Below, piece after piece: positions 1-12,540 of a stretch of DNA of 64,000 nt. The translations under genes were made by a program, and so were the position numbers. The stretch comes from Chrysomallon squamiferum. Lineage: Eukaryota > Animalia > Mollusca. Each line of letters starts with the position of its first letter. Positions within the stretch are counted from its first letter, which is position 1. The notes under the pieces are model-generated. The model was not told where the DNA came from and searched no databases. It saw nothing but the letters and a program-made list of their open reading frames with translations. Where the stretch lies: assembly GCA_012295275.1 (NCBI GenBank), contig CM022668.1, forward strand, positions 8,928,001 through 8,992,000. Direction: 5' to 3'.

Positions 1-100
1 TGTTACCAACCGAATCGTTAACGTTAGTCAGTCGCTGTTCCGTCTTTCTTGTCACCCTTTACGTTATTTCATTGTCTCACTTTTGTTGTTTTCTTACCAG

Positions 101-911
101 GTGCTTGTCCGACGACATGTACGTCTACACCGGCAACGACTGTCAGCACAGGAAGATGCAGCCGGACGTCGTGATGGCCATCATCGGAGGAGTTCTTGGC
201 GGATTCTCTTTTCTCTTGCTTGTGATTATCTACTGCATGTGCTGCAGGTCGAACACCAAACACGACAAGAACTAGTGAGTTATCTCCCTTCGCCATCGTC
301 ATCGTTATTATCGTTATGATTGTTATTATGATTATTATTATTATTATTATCATCATCATCGTCGTAGTCTGAATCATAGTCGTTGTCGTATTTAGCAACG
401 TAATCCGTTACCATCAGCAACATCTTCATTATTTTTTATATCTCTTCTGTTGTTATTTTTAATACTAAAAGTACTACGATATCCATCACAACTCCTGCGA
501 CATAACTAGCGCTAGTGCTACCATTACTACAACAATTATTTCTATTCCTTCCATTTCTATTGGGAGACGTATGCCACTACCACGTCTGCTACTACCATCA
601 CCATCACCACAGCGACTACAAATTCATTCCTACTATCCACTGCTACTTTTACACTACGTTTTATTTTTTTATTTTTTTACTATTGTTACCATGACGACGC
701 TCTTGTACTCTTTCAATTATTAATATGGCTGCTATTACTACTGTTGCTACTATTACTACTACTACTACTATACTACATATACTTCTACTACTACTACTTC
801 TACTACTACTCTAAGATATTTAAAAATTTCTCTTGCAGCACTTTAAATCAAAATGCACATTACAACGAATCATATGAGAGTTCAACAAACCTTCAGATGA
901 AATCCGTGTGA
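101..911 (+). CDS. 3' end of a single-pass membrane protein gene (juxtamembrane EGF-like end, TM, short Tyr-containing tail; mucin/EGF-TM-like). Exons 101-274 and 839-911; 5' part lies outside the window
   Basis: Acceptor ttaccag|101. Encodes CLSDDMYVYTGNDCQ (last EGF loop, YxGxxC), then hydrophobic VVMAIIGGVLGGFSFLLLVIIYCMCC. Donor TA|gtgagt at 275 and acceptor tcttgcag|839 rebuild TAC, then TLNQNAHYNESYESSTNLQMKSV, stop TGA 909-911. Confidence 0.8.
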
Positions 912-1109
912 CGTAACAAGGTAGGTAATAATTCACTCATCTGACGTCATAGTCAATATACAGCAATATCTGTCATTTCATATTTCCTAAGTTTTGCCTA
1001 ATAAAATAATTTTGCACTACTGTGATTCTACAGTAAATTAATGATTGAATTTCTAGAATAATATGGTTCAGATAAATGTAATAATAATAAAATTAATAAT
1101 AATAATAAT

Positions 1110-1143
<34 letters not shown>

Positions 1144-1151
1144 TATATATA

Positions 1152-1922
1152 CAGTGGTATCTCGATTTACGAGTGCTCCAACTTACGAGTTTTCCTAGTT
1201 ACGAGCAGTCGCCCTGTCGTTTATTTGCTTTGCGTTGCGAGCAAACATCCGAGCTACGAGCGAGCTTCAGATACGCCGACGCTAGTTGGCGCATCGAACA
1301 ACACAACATCTGCCAGCATCCCGCGTCTCACTCGTTTACTTCACGTGGTTACCTCGCCGTGGAAACATCTCTGTCGTTTTGTGCTCGCGTTTTCTTCGGT
1401 ATTTTGCCAAATGTCCATACTAAGAAAGTGAGTGCAAAGGTCAGTGCTGAGAAGAAAAAGCCGATGATGTACTTTGAAATTAAAGTATGCAATCATAGAA
1501 AAACAGCGAGGTGTGCGTGTATTCAACATGGCTAGGCAGTACGAGCATAGTATTTTTACCATATGTACCAAACTGAAGCAGAAGGAATCGATAAAGGCTA
1601 TAACTCCAACCAAAGGCGTTGAAATAATTTCTAAGTTGCGGACCTCTGTCCATGAAAAGATGGAGAAACCCTAACTCTGTACACTTTACAAAACCAATTT
1701 ATTTCTTTACATTCTCTGTTATTTTTTTTTTTTTTTCCAATATTTGTCATTTATACATACATTTTTCTTATTTAAAAACACGTTGGGGTGGTTTGGGGGT
1801 GCAGGAACGGATTAATGGTATTTCAGTTACTTTTATTTGGGAAAATTGATTTGATATACGAGCAAATTGAATTACGAGCTCGGTCACGGAACGAATTAAA
1901 CTCGTAAGTCAACTTACCATTG
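1152..1922 (+). mobile_element. Internally deleted Tigger/pogo (Tc1-mariner superfamily) DNA transposon with transposase N-terminal remnant
   Basis: Imperfect TIRs CAGTGGTATCTCGATTTACGAG ... CTCGTAAGTCAACTTACCATTG, flanked by TA. Frameshifted remnant KKVSAKVSAEKKKPMM / IIEKQRGVRVFNMARQYEHSIFTICTKLKQKESIKAITPTKGVEIISKLRTSVHEKMEK resembles the CENP-B-type HTH of Tigger/TIGD transposases. Confidence 0.85.
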
Positions 1923-1937
1923 TATATGTATGTGTGT

Positions 1938-1983
<46 letters not shown>

Positions 1984-2126
1984 TTTATTTACGAGTAGAT
2001 GTTAATGAAAGAAATTAATTTGTATCTATTATTATTAGTGTGTTATTATTATATATTACGATAATTATTAATTATTATTGTTGTTGCTGTTGTTTTTGTT
2101 ATTCTTCTTCTTTTTCCTATTATTAA

Positions 2127-2167
<41 letters not shown>

Positions 2168-2215
2168 TTATTATTATTGTTGTTGTTGTTTTTATTATTA
2201 TTATCTTCCAAACAG

Positions 2216-2300
2216 GTTCCAGAGTCATACGTTTCTAAGTAGATATCAGAAAACGAAAGAAAGATGTCCAGAAAAACGGACAGCGAAACAAATTTGTAAC
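2216..2300 (+). other. Probable non-coding 3'UTR exon of the EGF-TM gene (start only; end uncertain)
   Basis: Donor AAG|gtaggt at 921, 9 nt after the stop codon; acceptor tcttccaaacag| at 2215. Confidence 0.45.
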
Positions 2301-2362
2301 ATTTTGATTTAGGTTTTCTTCATTTATGTTATTATTATTACTACTATTATTTATTTGATTGT

Positions 2363-2393
<31 letters not shown>

Positions 2394-2457
2394 TTCTCTC
2401 TCCATCATTTTTACAATTAGAGAAATACCTTCCTTTGACATTCTTATATATATGATT

Positions 2458-2528
<71 letters not shown>

Positions 2529-2669
2529 GATTATTACTGTGTGTTGTTATTTTGGAAGTATTTCTAATTTTATTTTATTTTTTATTTTTGTTTTTACATT
2601 GTTTTAAAGGAGAGTAAATGCCTATCGAAAACAAGTATACCATCAAAAGAAAAATGTACAGTATTATTA

Positions 2670-2709
<40 letters not shown>

Positions 2710-4330
2710 AATACATTTATGTACCCATATGTGTATTCGAATATTGTCTATGTGCAGATTAATCAGACGTCAATGAGAGATACGTAAATACATACATATG
2801 TAATAGATGTATTCATATATGTATATATACATATTTACATACATACATACATACATACATGCATACATATATATTTATTTAAATCTAAATACACGAATAC
2901 ACACAAATGTTCCAGTATCCATACATGCATATAACTAAACACATAAACACACACACACTCAACACATTATTTCATACACGTTACAATTTACAGTATACAT
3001 TATACAAAACGTATAAATACTATACAACGATTAATCAAGGCTAGGGCCTGATTGTGTACATAGTTTCATTTATTTTTTATTGTTATTAGAAATGCATGTA
3101 TGTAAATTAGTAATAATTACTGTAAATAAATGGTGTGAAAATTCTGATAAAAATTCAAACGTATCAGACTGCCTTGTCAATAAATTTGAATATTCTATTA
3201 CATTCATAAGCTGAACTGAAAATATAAACTTATTGAATTCTAGAAATATAATTGCTAAAATTTAAGATATTAGAAGCTGCTGAATTTAAAATACAGAATT
3301 TTTAATACTTTTAACTAAATAGGTCTGAATTTAACATAACATTATAAAATCTGATGTTTAATATGTATATAAAACAACTGTACTGAATAAAATATACATA
3401 TCCATTACTAGTTGCTTAATTTTGAAGATATATAGTTATAAAAACTGCCAAATGTAGGAGATCATTGTAAAGGATGTTTATCATCGTTAACAGTAGCCGA
3501 ATTTAGGACATACGATTATTAAAAGTTGCTAGATATATTTATGTTATATACTTGTAATATCTCCCGATTTTCTAAATTTAATTCTTAAAGTTTTTGAAAG
3601 TTTTTGCTGTAATATATAAAAATTATTAAATTTAAACGGTGCGACATGTTCCTTAATTTTGGTGAATTTATAACAGACAAAATTTTCTCAATTTAAGAAA
3701 TGAACCTCACACAGGTTCCCGATTTTTATGAAATAAAACTGATTTAAAAAACAAACAAAAAACGATTATATATGATAATCGATATGGTTCGCATAATCGA
3801 TATGCACATAACCAAAACTGGGTATCGCTTTAATTAAAAATGTTATGCATTATCAAAGTATCTAAAATTAGCTTAATTAAAACTTTTTTCTTCTCTTTTA
3901 AATTTGTACGTATCGAAGCTAACGTATTATTAGCTTGATAATTATACAAATGCACATTATACTCAAATTTTATCGACTTATTTGATCTCTGCGTGCCAGA
4001 ATGGCTGTTTTAACTAACAATTTAATATCGATCTGAGGCGATAATCGTCATTCTAAATTGTATCTATATAATTTAATATCGATATCTTACACAATAACTG
4101 TCAGTATGTTTTTGTAATATATTTTCCCGTAATTATTTTGTAATTGTTAACAAATTAATGTAAGAATAATAAATAAATGTAAATAGTTAATTTCCGTTGT
4201 TATTTATTCACTTGTTTGTTTGTTTGTTTATATCTTTGTGTAAATGAGACTTCAAGCGTCTGCACACATACGCACATGTATGCACAGTACGCATGAACGT
4301 GAGACTATGCTTGAGAATTTATTTTCATCT

Positions 4331-4449
4331 TTAATTCTTATTCGGTCTTCTTATCTTTGTCGTATAGTAGCTGAAATAAATAGAGGATTTTTTAATAATT
4401 GTAATAATAATAATAATAATAAATAATAATAATAATAATAATAATAACG

Positions 4450-4492
<43 letters not shown>

Positions 4493-5317
4493 TGATAATA
4501 ATGAATAATCAAGTAAAAAAATTATCATCATCATCATCATCATCATTCTCTCAATTCATCAATGTTTACATTAGTCAATTTATGTATGATTCTGTGCGCA
4601 TAAAGACAGGTTTACGTGAATATATTTTATGACTATATATATATATATATTACTGTGTGTGTGTGTGTGTTTGTGAGTGCGTGTGACTGAGAGCACGCAC
4701 GTGTGTGTGTGTGTGTGCGTGAGCGTTTTATTAACGTATTTACCTAACAATCATTACTGCTACCAAAACGAAAAATGAGAAAACGAAAACATTCATAACT
4801 AAAAGAGCAATACACACTTCATCTACTTTTATTCTGGTAGGTACTGTTGTTTCTGAAAAAATAAAAAAAAATAAAATAAAATAAAGAAAAATTAATTAAT
4901 TAATTATTCAGTCAGTCAACGAAATGCAGTGAAACAAAAACCAAAGATGATGATGTCAGATGTGTTTGTATTTCTGATGTAGTTTGTGTTTCCGTGCGTC
5001 CATTTTTGCATGAGCGTGTGAATATATATATATATATATGTACATATTATTTGTACAAACATGCATATGTACATACAAATAACATATATGCGCAGAAATA
5101 GGTTACATACATGCGTATTTACATGTACATACACACGAATAGAGAAATTCAGGTGTATATATATGTGTGTGTATGTGTGTGTGTGTATGTATATATATAT
5201 ATATATACTTATGCATACATATATATGTATACGTTATATATATATATATGTATACGTTATATATATATATATATATATACACATATATACATACAAATAC
5301 ATAGAGGCATAATGAGA

Positions 5318-5399
<82 letters not shown>

Positions 5400-6088
5400 A
5401 GACATGTATCAGTTAATTTATGTCTATTTACAACAGCAATCATTTATTACCCTGCATAACAGGTATCGCAATATCTGCCGAATATTCCAAGCTATCGTTC
5501 ACGAGGCAACGGAACAATCGGTTGTCGTCCTCGTATGTAACGCTGAACGTCAGAGTTGTGACGCTTACGTCACCGCATTCACTGAGGCTTTTTGGATCCT
5601 GACGAATCCTTTCCGTGAACGGGTACGACACCCAGACACAGTTTTCTCTCCACTGCCAAGACCAGAGGACGTCGTGGTTGGCTGCAGGCACGGAACATCG
5701 TATTGTAATTTCGTCGTTTTTCTCGTACGCCAGCATCGTTTTGTCTGGTAGGATTTCCTTAGAAATACTGCGTAGGTCGCCTGAAAAGCCAAAATTGGTA
5801 ATAAATAAATAAATAAATAAATAAAAATACTGAAATACTGAATTAAAGAAATAAAAAAGGAAAAAAAAACCCACCAAAATATATTAAGCAGTGGCTTTCA
5901 AAGTAAGTAAAATAGAAAAGGAGACGAACGTGAAATAAAATTTATTACATAAAGAAAAAGGCTATAAATTATACAGCCGTTGTCGTTGTCGTTGTTATCT
6001 TGCCCATTTGTCCAGATTTTTGTTTAGTATCTGCGTCTGTTTGATTTCAGTTCATTACTTGTATTTATTGTTAATCTGTTATAATGCA

Positions 6089-6148
<60 letters not shown>

Positions 6149-6622
6149 ACACTTACAGATATTCAGAAAAAGCAACAATCAATAAATAATAACAACAACA
6201 ATAATAATAATAATAATAAACTTACTTATAACGGTTACAGTAGCTGTCGTTTCCGTGGATACGGAGCCATTTATCTCGTTCGGTCCATCCACTCTGCAGC
6301 TGTAGATTCCCGCATCGGAGCACGTGACTGACGTCAGCACCAGTTTTATGTACACCTCTCCTCTGCTCTGACTCGCAGTTCCAAAAACGTCGGCTCTTTG
6401 CGACAACGTCTCATCGAGCAACGTAACTGTGTTTGCTGAAACGTTGGCAGCTGCAACCGACGTAGTGTTTCCCGTCTCTGTTTTCTTTCCCACGACAACG
6501 ACGGTGACGTTGACGTTATTCTCGGGACTACAGAACAGCGTTACGGAACCGCCCACGTTGACGTTTTGTGGATTTATAATGAACTTACCGTCTGCACCGA
6601 AAATATATAATGAGTTTTTAAT

Positions 6623-6653
<31 letters not shown>

Positions 6654-7645
6654 TTCATTTATTCATTATTTCATTTGATTTATTTATTAATTATTTTCTT
6701 CCTCATTTGCTTAAGTATTAAATTAAACTGCGAATTAAATTTAAACTACATACTTAATTAAACGAAACCGACGTAAATTTACGTAAGTGAAATAAGAATT
6801 AAACGACTAATTCAGAATAGACAAAAACTTAAGTAGGAACACAGTAAACAAGATATAAATATACTCAAATAAACTGGTAAAAAAAATATTTTTCATCAAA
6901 ACATTCTATAGAAAATTCATTATAACAACATCTATTAGTAGCATGGACCAACAGGAACGATAACTCGTAACGGCACAAATTAAGTCACGTAAAAAAGCCT
7001 CAAGAAATTTTGCCGATTTAATGGGTACGAACAATCCCTAAATGTTCTTTTCTGATGCGTTCTGAGAGGAGGAACACTGACAACTACAAAAGTTAATACA
7101 TTAATCTTATTCTGCATTATAATTTCAGTTTATTATGCACGCATTTACACAAATATAATCCAGTTTGAAAAGCTTGATTAAGTTGAAAAAGTAGTTAGAA
7201 AAGGCGCGTGACATCATGGTTTGGTAATTTGAACAGTCATTCTTATCTTTATCAGTGTCAACCATAAAAAGTTCTGAAAAATTCACGCAAATATCATTTA
7301 ATTTGGAAGTTCAAAAATGTCCGTGAGCTCACGGAAACTTCCGATCGAAATCCAATATGGCAGCGTCGAACGCCGATTAGTCTTTACAAACGTTTAAATA
7401 CGTATCTTCATAATGTAATCAGTTCTACATGTATTATTAAAAGTAACTTAGGGAAATATGTCATTTAATCAATGCCTCATATACATAGATGTCTATTATT
7501 GAGTATAAATCGCTGCAAAGGTTGAAACCTTTTTCTTTTTCTTTTTTTTTTTTGTTAACTTTGACGTCATACCATCTCGTACACGTTTCGTACTCTTTTT
7601 TTTTTTCAGATATTTTTATGACGTGGCAAGCCAAAAAAAAAAAAA

Positions 7646-7679
<34 letters not shown>

Positions 7680-8297
7680 TAAATAATCTTCACAGATACT
7701 GGCGCGTGAATATAAAGATGACTATTCTCATTAGGTACCATAATGTGGACTCGTTATCCCGCTAAAACTCCACAGCAGACAGTTCTGAGTACGAAGTTGT
7801 AAAACGATACTTGAAACCATTATAATGCATTAGATGTTGTATTTACATGTAAAAAGCAAACTGATCGTCTTGATACATTCATTATAACGCTTGAATCAGT
7901 TTTACAACAGAAACTTTTCAAAACAGATTAAAGGTCCGACAACCGGCCTTATATAAAAACAATTATTAAAAATTAAATTTTCGCTCTTTTTCGTTAAAAC
8001 AAAAAGCATTCAACTTCTAAAACTTTATACTATTATGTATGCAAACAATGAGTTTTCTATTTTTATTTTTAAAAAAAAATATTGTTCCATGCTACCATTA
8101 AGGACGACCGCCATTTTTTTTTGATTCTGCCACATAAAATCGCCTTACTAACCCCTACCCTTCTTTGCGTTTGTTTGCTGTCAGACTAAATAAAATAAGA
8201 AGTATATTAAATTGAAAGTTTTTCTTACTTTACCTGATAACATCAAACAGAAGACGAAAGTCAAATAATTTTTAAATAACCTTAGGAAAAATATCAT
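4331..8297 (-). CDS. Two-Ig-domain type I membrane receptor, paralog 1 (~302 aa). Exons 8297-8234 (signal peptide), 6591-6226 (V-like Ig), 5780-5451 (second Ig), 4852-4744 (TM), 4370-4331 (tail)
   Basis: All introns GT-AG with phases 1,1,1,2 and an open frame. SP MIFFLRLFKNYLTFVFCLMLS; Ig1 GGSVTLFC...YIKLVLTSVTCSDAGIYSC; Ig2 ITIRC...LWSW...LFRC; TM VCIALLVMNVFVFSFFVLVAVMIV; tail SYYTTKIRRPNKN*. Confidence 0.88.
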
Positions 8298-8543
8298 TTT
8301 CGTTTACCGTGTTCGGCCATTACATTACGTCAGAGAGGAAGGGCTAATCTGCGGACTGAATGGTTTCGTATGAAAAGTTTCTGTGTCAGGACAAAACTAA
8401 ACGTTCTTAAAAGTATACTTTTTGTAACACGAAGAAGTTCTGTACATTAATCAAAGCTTTTCCCGTTCAGTCATAATTAGTATCGAAGTATAACCACAAA
8501 AAAAAAAATCATGTAAATAAATAAATAAAAAAAATAATAAAAA

Positions 8544-8606
<63 letters not shown>

Positions 8607-9150
8607 GTTTTAAAAATATCTGTGGTCTATTATTGTTATTACATTTATTTTTATTTTATTTTATTTATATCCTGGTTTGATCAATCTTTACGTTAATATA
8701 AATTCAAACTATTTATTTTTGTTTTTGTTTGTTTGCTTGTTTATTTGTTTATTTGTTTGTTTATTTATTTATTTTATTTATTTTTTATTTTATTTTTTTT
8801 ATTATTATTTATATTTAAAATTATTATTTTTATTTATTTATCTTTTACATTTTTTTATTATTTGTTAATCTTTATATATTTTTATATTATTTGTTTCCTT
8901 CTTTCTTTATTTTCTTTATTTTCTTTTATTTTATTTCTTGCTGGTAGATAAATGCTGTGTGACTTGGTTGCTTTTTATTTAAAATACAATTAATCGTAGT
9001 CTCTGTAATCTGGGAGTATTATAGTTTTCTGCTGCTTTTAAACGAGACCCTATGACGTGATCGCCAACAAACGTCATCAAAAGAAAAAACAGAATTGAAA
9101 AGAATAAGGGGCAGAAGAGAAAGAAAACACACATCTACAATGATAACATA
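8298..9150. promoter_or_regulatory. Putative bidirectional promoter region between the divergent Ig receptor paralogs
   Basis: The two predicted ATGs (8297 on -, 9151 on +) point away from each other with 853 bp between them; TGACGT/ACGTCA bZIP half-sites lie near both (about 8325, 9053, 9071). Confidence 0.5.
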
Positions 9151-10596
9151 ATGTCAAATATCTGGACATTCTTCACGACTGTTCTGTTTTTATATTTTCT
9201 TTCGTGCAAAGGTAACCTTTTGGGTTGTTTTTTTTCCTTCTTTTTCTTTTTCTTTCTTGTTGCTTTCAGTGCATGTTTCCGATCTCTTACAATTTTGAAG
9301 TAGTTCGAAATATCGTCATATCAACAACACAAAATAAAAAATCGAATTTTTCTTTAAATTTCATTCAGTATTTTGTATTGATATATTTATTTAATTACGT
9401 TATTACATTATAACACATTTTTTCACTTTATTTATTTGCCTATACCTTACGTACATGCACAAACATATTAACAGACATACATACGTACACACATTCACAT
9501 ACATATTATACACATATGATGAGCTACGTGGTAACGTTTATCCGTCTACGGAGTTCGGGCGAATGGGTGCTATACGTTCGAGTCTCGTCAGCGGCATCTG
9601 ACAGGTTTGTGAGGTCGTGATTGGACTTTGTCATCCTGCGCCAGTGCCTTCCCGAATATTGTCTAATCAGACGTACATAAGACAGAGAATATTAAACCCT
9701 AAATACATACACGGACACGTGCATGCCTACATACATACATACATACACATTGATACATACATACAGACACACACATACATTCATACATACAGACACATAT
9801 ACACACATGTACCAAAAAATACTACTATATACCCCTTCTGTGTGCTACAACTACTGCCACATCACTAGCACTAGCAGTTGTATTAACGCATACAGTTATG
9901 TCCACACATTCCAATATGCATCCACACATACAGCACACAAAACATGCACACATTATACAAATAGCTGCTTCTTCTGTTCGCTGGCAGGACAAGAAATGAC
10001 GATATCACCGACAACTGTAGAAAATGGCGGTTCTGTCACTTTCACTTGTCGACCACCGCTTAACAGAACCCTGAACGTTTCCGGAGTACAAATCAAGAAC
10101 GGGAAAGGAGAGTTGATTGCAGACGAATTTGAAAATGTCACCGCCAACGCCACGCTGCGTTATAAACCGTTCGAGGGCAGATCGGAAGTTTCCGGAAATT
10201 TCGTCATCGGTGCCAGCGCTCTGACGTATATAAGACTTGTCTTACATAACGTGACGTGTACTGACGCACAGACGTACGTGTGTGAAATAGAGACAGAGGG
10301 AAACGACTCGAAGCCGTTTGATTTAAAACATGAAGCAAGTTTGCATGTTTTTAGTAAGTTAAATTTTGGTCTTTCTTTCTTTCTTCTTTTTTTTATGTGT
10401 CTGTGCTTTTTTATTATTATTATTATCTTTTTTTTTTGTATGTGGAATATATGTCTTTATGTTTCTATGTATCCGTCTTTCAGCATGTCTGTCTCTCTGT
10501 ATATGTGTCTGCTTATCGATGAGTTTATCTATTTTTCTGTGTATCTATATCTGTCTGTTTGTAAGTGTGTGTGTGTGTGTGTGTGTGTGTTGTGTG

Positions 10597-10637
<41 letters not shown>

Positions 10638-11003
10638 TTATGCATGCATGCATGTATACATGGATATATGTATATACATACTTATAGACTGATAGATGTA
10701 TAGATGTACATACGTACGTATGTAGGCATGTATGTATATATGTATATGTATGTAATCTGTGTATGCATGTATGTATGTATGTATATATGCATGTATGTAT
10801 GTGTGTATGTACGTATGTAAGTGTGTATGTATTTATGTATATATATATATATAGATAGGTATGGAGTTATCTACTTCTGTGTGGATGGATCTGTATATCT
10901 GCCAACAGTATTCATCATGTGATCATATTATATGATTATAATATTGCTGTTATTACTATTATTATTATTGTTATTATTATCATCATCATCATCATCATCA
11001 TAA

Positions 11004-11058
<55 letters not shown>

Positions 11059-11844
11059 TACTACTACTACTACTATTATTGTTATTATTACTATTACAGG
11101 TAATTTAAGTGACATCACAACGGTTATAAAACCGAGGTCGTACGTGTTCAGAGTTGGAGAAAACATCACGTTTCGCTGCACGGTGCCGGTCTGGAACATT
11201 CACACCCACATTGTGTGGGCGTGGCAGGTGAAACGAGACTCCCGCTGGGTCCTTACCGTTCCAACCTCCAAGTCTACACAGACCGGTTAGACGCGAAATC
11301 ACGATGCGACGACGTAAGGGAGACAACTCTAAATCACATTATAACTCCGGAGAACAAAGACTATCGGTACAGGTGTATAATCAACAATACAGAACGATTC
11401 TCAGCGACATTTAACATGTCTATTGTCCACGGTAAATACTATTTAAAAAACAACAACAACAACAACAACAGAGTGACTAAAAACACGTAAATTATTTTTG
11501 CACATGGTCAGAACACATCGTGCACACGTACCTCCACCTGTACAATGTATTTCTTTACAATATAGCCAGAGAGATACATACGTACATACACACAAATATA
11601 TTCATTTTATTTTTGTTTTTCTTCTTCGTTCTATTTTTTTTTTTTTAATTTTCTTATTTTATCTTTATTTTATTTTATTTTATTTTATTTTTTTTTTTTT
11701 TTTTATTATTTATTATTTATTCATTTATTTTATTTTATTTTATTTTATTTTTATTTTATTTTTATTTTATTTTATTATTTATTTTTTTATTATTTATTCA
11801 TTTATTTCATTTATTTTATTTATTCATATATTCATTTATTCATT

Positions 11845-11877
<33 letters not shown>

Positions 11878-12540
11878 TGATTTTTCTTGTTGTTGCTGTT
11901 GTTGTCGTTCTTGTTGTTTTTATTTCTTTTAGCTGTACCAGCGGTTAATCAGAAATTTCTAAACTTCTTCAAAATAACTGACAAAGAGCTAGTTAAGTAT
12001 CTGTCAGCGCTTCTTGCTTTCCTGACTTTAGTACTTGTCCTCGAAGTTCTCATCTTTTGGGGGTTTGTAAAGTTTTTTCTTTTCTTTTAATATGTCTAAT
12101 GCTTCTCTCTCATTGTTTAATTATTTGTCTATGTATTTATCTATCTATCTATCTAGCTATGTATCTACCTATCTGTCTATCTATCTATCTAGCTATGTAT
12201 CTATCTATCTATGTATGTATGTATCTATCTATCTATCTAGCTATGTATCTATCTATCTATCTATGTATCTATCTGTCTATCTATCTATGTATCTATCTAT
12301 CTATCTATCGATCTCTCTCTTTGTCTCTGTCTACCCACCTATTTGTCAATTTATCAATTTGTTTTTCTGGCTGTTGTTATCAAATTATGATAACTTGTTT
12401 ATATACGTGAAATGTGAAGTGCGTCTGAAATTATTATATTCGTGTTGTTTTGCAGGTACGTGAAGAAAACGAAAAAAGGTGACATCGAAGTTGTACAGTA
12501 CAGTACAGTTAAAAAGAAACACCATAAAAGACATCATTAA
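9151..12540 (+). CDS. Two-Ig-domain type I membrane receptor, paralog 2, isoform A with ITIM tail. Exons 9151-9211, 9988-10353, 11100-11431 (1-nt frameshift near 11251), 11933-12062 (TM), 12456-12540 (tail)
   Basis: SP MSNIWTFFTTVLFLYFLSCK. The 366-nt V-like exon has the same length as in paralog 1 (GGSVTFTC...YIRLVLHNVTCTDAQTYVC). The Ig2 exon is split across ORFs 10919-11290 and 11215-11490 and is 332 nt, one short of in-frame. TM YLSALLAFLTLVLVLEVLIFWG; tail YVKKTKKGDIEVVQYSTVKKKHHKRHH*. Confidence 0.8.
9518..9715 (+). mobile_element. tRNA-derived SINE-like element in intron 1 of Ig paralog 2
   Basis: A-box-like AGCTACGTGGTAA and B-box GTTCGAGTC, ending in a (TACA)n tail. Its 3' part (gaatattgtcta...aatcagacgt...taaatacatac) recurs at about 2739-2800. 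Confidence 0.6.

Noticed and set aside
897-911. C-terminal MKSV as a class I PDZ ligand
   Set aside because: The -2 residue is Lys, not Ser/Thr.
6935-8100. Possible DNA transposon with short inverted ends (gtagcatgga / tccatgctac) in intron 1 of Ig paralog 1
   Set aside because: The match is short, with no clear TSD or transposase remnant.
9723-10703. 326-aa ORF as a single-exon Ig+TM gene
   Set aside because: Only 9988-10353 is a splice-bounded Ig exon; the hydrophobic stretch that follows is T-rich intron after a consensus donor.
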